Shown piece by piece: positions 61,701 through 64,000 of a DNA stretch of 64,000 bases. The position numbers and the translations under genes were made by a program. The notes beneath the pieces are model-generated. The model ran no database searches. It was given only the letters and a program-made list of their open reading frames with translations, and had not been told where the DNA came from. Location of the stretch: the NCBI GenBank assembly GCA_002633005.1, contig NMRA01000053.1, positions 186,001 to 250,000 on the forward strand, in the 5' to 3' direction. Position 1 is the first letter of the stretch; every line of letters begins with the position of its first letter. This DNA is from Phoronis australis. Its lineage: Eukaryota > Animalia > Phoronida.

Positions 61701-63530
61701 TAGCAGTGGCACATGGTCTGGATACTTATCAGAACTTTTTTAGGTGTTCCCAAAGAATGCAAACGTGGTAAGGGAGCAATCCTGGTCCCATCAGAGCAAT
61801 AGAAGGACGACCTAAAAGAATCATGAATGGGAGACTTAATATTCACCAGGTGCTGCTAATGAGTAAAGGTACCTCTTCTAACACCTGGATAGATTGAGTG
61901 CAGAATGCAATTCATCACCATGGGAGCATCTTTGGGGTAGCAGTCCATGTGACTACCTGAATGCATATTTCCATAGATTGTCACACTAGTACCACATGGT
62001 AAACATTAAGTCGACCACTCTCAGAACAATACAAGACTAGAAAAACTACTAGTAGGTGAATATGGTCGATTAGGCCAAAAAACATTATTCTGGTCAGCGC
62101 CCCAACTCATTTTGAAACCTGTGCCTTACTTCTTAAAGAAAAACAAAAAGCACCCACCCACATCAATTTCAGCCTAGGTGTAGAATTATCTTTTCAAAAG
62201 CCGCTCAAACGCCTGCAAGTAAGGTTTTAAGTGACAGAGCTTGCTAAATCAACCACAGTTACCTGTGTGTTGGCAGTCAACAATTCATTTCCTGGCTGAG
62301 CTGCTTTGAAAATTAGAATAAAAAAGAAAAACCCTCACCACTTTTGCTCATCTCAGGTGAATTCTTTTTTACCACACCACCGTGTCAATTATCAAAAGAA
62401 AACAGACCAGAGTCAACTGGGCTTTTTTGGACTTGGGTATTGAAATGCCAGTTCATCTCTGGTCTTCACAAGACAAAATGGCTAAAACGCTTACTGCAAG
62501 TTTTAGCCACACGATGCTCAAAGACCAAGAAATGTCCCATTGTCATCATAGTGCACATTACCAAAGGTGCGAGTCCATAACTAGATAAGAACAGATCTGA
62601 CGTCTTTAGCGCTATACCAAGGGGCCGGTGCATAGCCTTGACAACCCACCTGTGTTTGATGGGGGTCACTGATTCATCATCGCCACTATGAGAGAGTCTT
62701 CTCTTAGACTGGGGTGAGGTGAAGATCCTGAGTGCGTCGTACAGTCCCACCGCCGGGTCACTGATGTTGTTCTCCATCTCCTCCAAATTCTCGCTCATCT
62801 CACCAAGGTCACCTGTACTCTCTCTCACTTGTTCAAAGTAAGTCAGTACGATCTTGCAGCAGTAAGTGCACGCTCTCAAGTCACCTGGTGGAGAATTAAA
62901 GGGCAAAAGGTCATCCAAGGTCATTGAAGGTCATCTTACATCTACTAATCCCGTGATAAAGCTTCCACTTCCTCCCAAGTCTGACCTTTCAAATGTTCTT
63001 CTTCCTTGCTTTTCCCTGCACATGACACCACTAATAGCTTACAAGGAAATTTCTCAAAACATATTGTTTTCAATCATGAAGTACATTGTGACAAGGTAGA
63101 GATTTTTAAAAAAAACAAATGAATGAATTTCATCCACCAACTGTCAAGAAATAATTCAAATAAGAACATTGATAAGAACATGCCTGTCAAGTATTTTGAA
63201 GATCCTTCCAAGGGTTTATGAGACATACATATAGACAACCATACAGATAATAAGAACAGGCATCCACAAAATTTAGATAATTATTATATTGACATATAAA
63301 GAAAAGATACTCAAATAACACATTTGTTTTGAAACCACACCTGTGTAACCCATTATTTTTCCTGGAACTGCCTGGTTACAGCAGCGACTACAGAAGATCT
63401 GTCCACAGATCCTGCAATGGTGACGCCGCCGGAACGTGTTGAACTTGTCGCCACACTCGTAGCACTCACGGCAGTTGTTGTCTGGCATCCAGTACTGCTT
63501 GAAGTCACTGTCTTTGTATACCTTGGGGAC
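28640..63530 (-). CDS. PIKFYVE: PIKfyve / Fab1 1-phosphatidylinositol-3-phosphate 5-kinase, 35 coding exons in window, 5'-partial (~1978 aa here)
   Basis: The GT-AG exons join in frame (5937 nt total; one donor lies partly in the N gap). Domains: FYVE (YWMPD, RRHHCRICG, LRAC), DEP (HRYRLRTYPNC), CCT-like (MDIRQYVHIKKIPGG, KNVAHKKM), Cys-rich region (SFAKYLEL) and PIPK kinase (GGKSG, FILKQM, DLKGS, MDYSLL, GIIDYIRTFTWDKKLE, PTVVSP). Confidence 0.96.
29374..29457 (-). CDS. PIKFYVE: PIKfyve exon (activation loop)
   Basis: DYIRTFTWDKKLEMVVKS. Confidence 0.95.
29821..29982 (-). CDS. PIKFYVE: PIKfyve exon (kinase)
   Basis: PLYIRPHSK...NDTEFLSKHFVMDYSLLVGID...ELVTGII. Confidence 0.95.
30598..30823 (-). 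CDS. PIKFYVE: PIKfyve exon (kinase)
   Basis: PTVLGKIFGVYRIG...LLVMENLFY...FDLKGSMRNR...VLLDEN. Confidence 0.95.
32303..32406 (-). CDS. PIKFYVE: PIKfyve exon (catalytic Lys)
   Basis: DDRFILKQMSLKEIQSFLEFAPHYFQY. Confidence 0.94.
33031..33219 (-). CDS. PIKFYVE: PIKfyve exon (kinase N-lobe)
   Basis: KYYCKVYFAEQFRKLR...FIRSISRC..W.AKGGKSGATF. Confidence 0.94.
33666..33831 (-). CDS. PIKFYVE: PIKfyve exon
   Basis: VERDATPP...KIPNQHIELQ. Confidence 0.82.
33981..34637 (+). mobile_element. Left end of a Kolobok-like transposon with a THAP-domain ORF; right end lost in the assembly gap
   Basis: TTAA at 33977-33980, then ~305 bp homologous to the arms of 2363-3247, followed by a THAP ORF. Confidence 0.8.
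34246..34637 (+). pseudogene. THAP-domain transposase N-terminus with one in-frame stop (TAG 34312-34314)
   Basis: MPHCCCVPGCTN...*HRFPMDDTLRRTW...YRVCGKHFLPSDY...RLKKDAIASV carries the C2CH residues, FP, W, HF and an AVP-like box of THAP. Confidence 0.8.
34638..34669. other. Assembly gap (32 N)
   Basis: Run of Ns; transposon on the left and a PIKfyve exon on the right, so the true gap is probably longer. Confidence 0.95.
34671..34761 (-). CDS. PIKFYVE: PIKfyve exon abutting assembly gap
   Basis: SADYEVGLQELKRS...SPGTVRK; only the first G of the donor (34670) is visible before the Ns, and phase 0 fits the next exon. Confidence 0.75.
34801..34829. repeat. (CA)n microsatellite
   Basis: Direct reading of the sequence. 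Confidence 0.9.
35704..35799 (-). CDS. PIKFYVE: PIKfyve exon
   Basis: PNDEHHLL...PVIIYDKEPSSIIAYALS (conserved EPSSII motif). Confidence 0.92.
35857..35918. repeat. 25-bp tandem repeat, ~2.5 copies
   Basis: acccacaatgcaacatttcaatta. Confidence 0.8.
36711..38166. mobile_element. TA-flanked TIR DNA transposon (Tc1/mariner-pogo-like ends), non-autonomous, carrying a HIRAN-like relic
   Basis: ta|CCGTATTTACC-ATAAGCGCCC ... GGGCGCTTATCAGGGCGAATACAG|ta; subterminal gggcgctta repeats. Confidence 0.7.
37754..38030 (+). pseudogene. Decayed stand-alone HIRAN-domain-like coding sequence (1 frameshift, 1 stop)
   Basis: IRGFHVYREIWIPIEGEDLC / (shift) YNPFDKYAASVLKSQTIIGHVPHKISKTFAFFLKHRGSLKSIVTTKY*...LKIPRTMIFSG; the NxxDxxA and IGHVP motifs were recognised by eye. 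Confidence 0.68.
38243..38360 (-). CDS. PIKFYVE: PIKfyve exon
   Basis: ANGDDMSTFQ...KSVLSNLLSVSGNNPLVMPF; phase 1-2. Confidence 0.85.
39168..39323 (-). CDS. PIKFYVE: PIKfyve exon (low-complexity linker)
   Basis: AEMPTNTSSDN...GENSKKQ; phase 1-1. Confidence 0.72.
39801..39965 (-). CDS. PIKFYVE: PIKfyve exon (low-complexity linker)
   Basis: DCLDVSVVES...SVDEDTFIMCKHRE; phase 1-1. Confidence 0.72.
41528..41709 (-). CDS. PIKFYVE: PIKfyve exon
   Basis: LSELQQLKNKLEKEAK...ESGTVQ; phase 2-1. Confidence 0.8.
42268..42343 (-). CDS. PIKFYVE: PIKfyve exon
   Basis: EYYECVDIIASLKKIIADAVILWNQK; phase 1-2. Confidence 0.85.
42835..42934 (-). CDS. PIKFYVE: PIKfyve exon
   Basis: VERAAFRDQIETLNMKLT...LVEE; phase 0-1. 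Confidence 0.85.
43597..43644 (-). promoter_or_regulatory. 17-bp tandem repeat forming six nuclear-receptor half-sites (DR2/DR3 alternating)
   Basis: Minus strand: AGGTCA aa AGGTCA cat ATGTCA aa AGGTCA cac GGGTCA aa AGGTCA. The sequence is certain; function is untested. Confidence 0.35.
43647..43758 (-). CDS. PIKFYVE: PIKfyve exon
   Basis: GYGVYSHILEYL...EYVDMQK; phase 2-0. Confidence 0.85.
45042..45155 (-). CDS. PIKFYVE: PIKfyve exon
   Basis: YSKITLREVVFPPP...EECRDLSI; phase 2-2. Confidence 0.88.
45993..46076. repeat. 28-bp tandem repeat x3
   Basis: agtgccctgggtctatgggacaca.... Confidence 0.88.
46401..46579 (-). CDS. PIKFYVE: PIKfyve exon (Cys-rich), complete copy
   Basis: VTPVVPMSQDTWSISFAKYLELRF...HHDHYQYFGFKNTVAAFK; AG/GT intact. 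Confidence 0.92.
46418..47799. repeat. ~690-bp direct duplication (46418-47111 / 47113-47799) joined at a single N; includes a truncated second copy of a PIKfyve exon (47113-47274)
   Basis: Near-identical exon plus intron copies with an N at 47112; likely uncollapsed haplotypes. Confidence 0.9.
46859..47013. mobile_element. Short hAT-like MITE (second copy ~47552-47701 in the duplicate)
   Basis: TIR CAGGGGCAGATCCAGG / CCTAAATCCGCCACTG; no TSD recognised. Confidence 0.6.
47927..48098 (-). CDS. PIKFYVE: PIKfyve exon (Cys-rich)
   Basis: ESYNCPSETCNKPMLDHIRRFVH...MWSWCKKCKQ. Confidence 0.93.
48468..48539 (-). CDS. PIKFYVE: PIKfyve exon
   Basis: VVAMDYYGRNDITLGGFLERYCFR. Confidence 0.92.
48854..49119 (-). 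CDS. PIKFYVE: PIKfyve exon
   Basis: ALLADFRARGG...IDCLNPEVHQQLSVLFSSY...PCVSPW. Confidence 0.93.
49770..50732 (-). CDS. PIKFYVE: PIKfyve large exon
   Basis: IKSILRFMIYVGYHSLLEMSLLMDEFAQPP...DPLHSY...LSSSP...PYLET; 321 codons. Confidence 0.93.
51298..51392 (-). CDS. PIKFYVE: PIKfyve exon (CCT-like)
   Basis: DKSKPLVFLEGCPQHLGCSVILEGGSLAELKK. Confidence 0.92.
51619..51742 (-). CDS. PIKFYVE: PIKfyve exon (CCT-like)
   Basis: SVIERISRLAQADIVPSIDSLVGGGRLGVCGSF. Confidence 0.92.
52289..52396. repeat. 54-bp tandem duplication spanning a PIKfyve exon end and its splice donor
   Basis: agaacatacagttttaacattcaacatgagagtgatcgcgtagtccagaacaaa / agaacatacgggtttaacattcaacatgagagtgatcccggagtccaaaacaaa. Confidence 0.92.
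52352..52492 (-). CDS. PIKFYVE: PIKfyve exon (CCT-like)
   Basis: EHEFLKKSVAKI...VEKTVSNLAQAFVLDSGITLMLNVKP; a second donor lies 54 nt downstream. Confidence 0.9.
53419..53598 (-). CDS. PIKFYVE: PIKfyve exon (CCT-like)
   Basis: IPGGNKSNCTFVNGVVFSKNVAHKKM...SLEPQVLQ. Confidence 0.93.
54434..54614 (-). CDS. PIKFYVE: PIKfyve exon (CCT-like start)
   Basis: KAFQDHTMALIKQLL...VRPYVKTDLDDMDIRQYVHIKK. Confidence 0.93.
55271..55391 (-). CDS. PIKFYVE: PIKfyve exon
   Basis: EMPIFLRG...LGENNGEKQAYEILV; matches the recalled ENGEKQA motif. Confidence 0.85.
56524..56918. mobile_element. MITE with CCGTATTT-type TIRs resembling those of 36711-38166
   Basis: ccgtatttgcctgggttaacgccc / gggcgctaacctggacaaatacag; TSD degenerate. 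Confidence 0.55.
58547..58777 (-). CDS. PIKFYVE: PIKfyve exon (linker)
   Basis: SWSEQSKLQP...KLDISQK; phase 1-1, low conservation. Confidence 0.7.
58839..58900. repeat. (CAA)n compound microsatellite
   Basis: Direct reading of the sequence. Confidence 0.9.
59642..59756 (-). CDS. PIKFYVE: PIKfyve exon (linker)
   Basis: TANSNSPMEC...HEPQWVRTIRRRDDEDN; donor chosen by phase match. Confidence 0.72.
60188..60299 (-). CDS. PIKFYVE: PIKfyve exon (DEP)
   Basis: REQAVAIGQALLDAKWLECCSLNEQIFKDEYVLYKAGE. Confidence 0.9.
60801..60958 (-). CDS. PIKFYVE: PIKfyve exon (DEP)
   Basis: GSAQLRELW...HRYRLRTYPNCITGRNLVTWLIR. Confidence 0.9.
61393..61519 (-). CDS. PIKFYVE: PIKfyve exon
   Basis: SSSRSISLVTDPRN...FYQERRYLIE; phase 2-0, gtaagt donor. 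Confidence 0.82.
62650..62884 (-). CDS. PIKFYVE: PIKfyve exon (FYVE end)
   Basis: GDLRACTYCCKIVLTY...TPIKH; phase 1-2. Confidence 0.9.
62908..62933 (+). promoter_or_regulatory. Three perfect AGGTCA half-sites spaced by 4 bp (double DR4, TRE-like)
   Basis: AGGTCA tcca AGGTCA ttga AGGTCA. The sequence is certain; function is untested. Confidence 0.4.
63341..63530 (-). CDS. PIKFYVE: PIKfyve exon (FYVE domain)
   Basis: VPKVYKDSDFKQYWMPDNNCRECYECGDKFNTFRRRHHCRICGQIFCSRCC; AG/GT borders. Confidence 0.95.
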
Positions 63531-64000
63531 CTGCAAAAATGAAGACCAATGATATTTAGAATTTGTCCATTTTTGTTGATCTCAAGAATCGAAGATCCAT
63601 GCAGTTATGAAGCTGTTAAAAGAATCCCACTCATTTATGTCACACATGCTCCAGACCAGGCTTCTATAACGGACCAGGCATTTATTAAGCCTGTCATACT
63701 TTGACGCTGGAGATGAAAAGTCGTTGACTTCCATAGCTCATGCATAACCTCAAAATGGACCAAGCCGCACCTCAAAAGCAGCACTGAGGTGGACACCCAT
63801 TGGGTATAGGAAGCATTGCCAGGCTAGAACGGTGCGGCAGCATACCAATACAGTGGAGCTTGGGAAAGCTAGTCTGATCTGGCAAAGGCGCAACGCCAAA
63901 GGTGGCTAAGTGAAGGCAATTCCTTGACATCTCCTTCCTAAGGGACATGTCCCACAATTCACATGATAGTCAGTATCCATTACACACTCATTGCTTTCCC

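Overview
This is AT-rich, intron-containing genomic DNA from an animal. It is probably a marine bilaterian invertebrate of lophotrochozoan type, which is inferred from the protein sequences and repeat types and is not certain. Two convergent protein-coding genes fill the window. (1) On the + strand is a thyroid hormone receptor orthologue (NR1A/THR) with 6 firm coding exons (5488-13649) and a candidate 54-nt upstream exon; I did not find the start codon. It has an intact AF-2 followed by an unusual ~205-aa Ser/Pro-rich C-terminal tail. (2) On the - strand is PIKfyve/Fab1 (PI3P 5-kinase) with 35 phase-consistent coding exons from 63530 to the stop at 28640 (5937 nt; FYVE, DEP, CCT-like, Cys-rich and PIPK domains), and its 5' end lies beyond the window. 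Introns and the ~15-kb gap between the stop codons hold many non-autonomous transposons. These include hAT-, PIF/Harbinger-, P-like and Kolobok-like MITEs, a tRNA-derived SINE, a THAP-encoding Kolobok-like relic with a related fold-back derivative, a TA-flanked TIR element carrying a decayed HIRAN-domain gene, and three Helentron/DINE-like elements whose ~146-bp subunits each carry a co-oriented CTCF-like motif. Perfect AGGTCA half-site arrays (DR4-DR4; alternating DR2/DR3; DR1) occur in PIKfyve introns and the intergenic region. A ~690-bp tandem duplication around a single N is probably a haplotype assembly artefact. No rRNA, true tRNA gene or CRISPR array was seen. All domain assignments come from motif recognition by eye, not from database searches.
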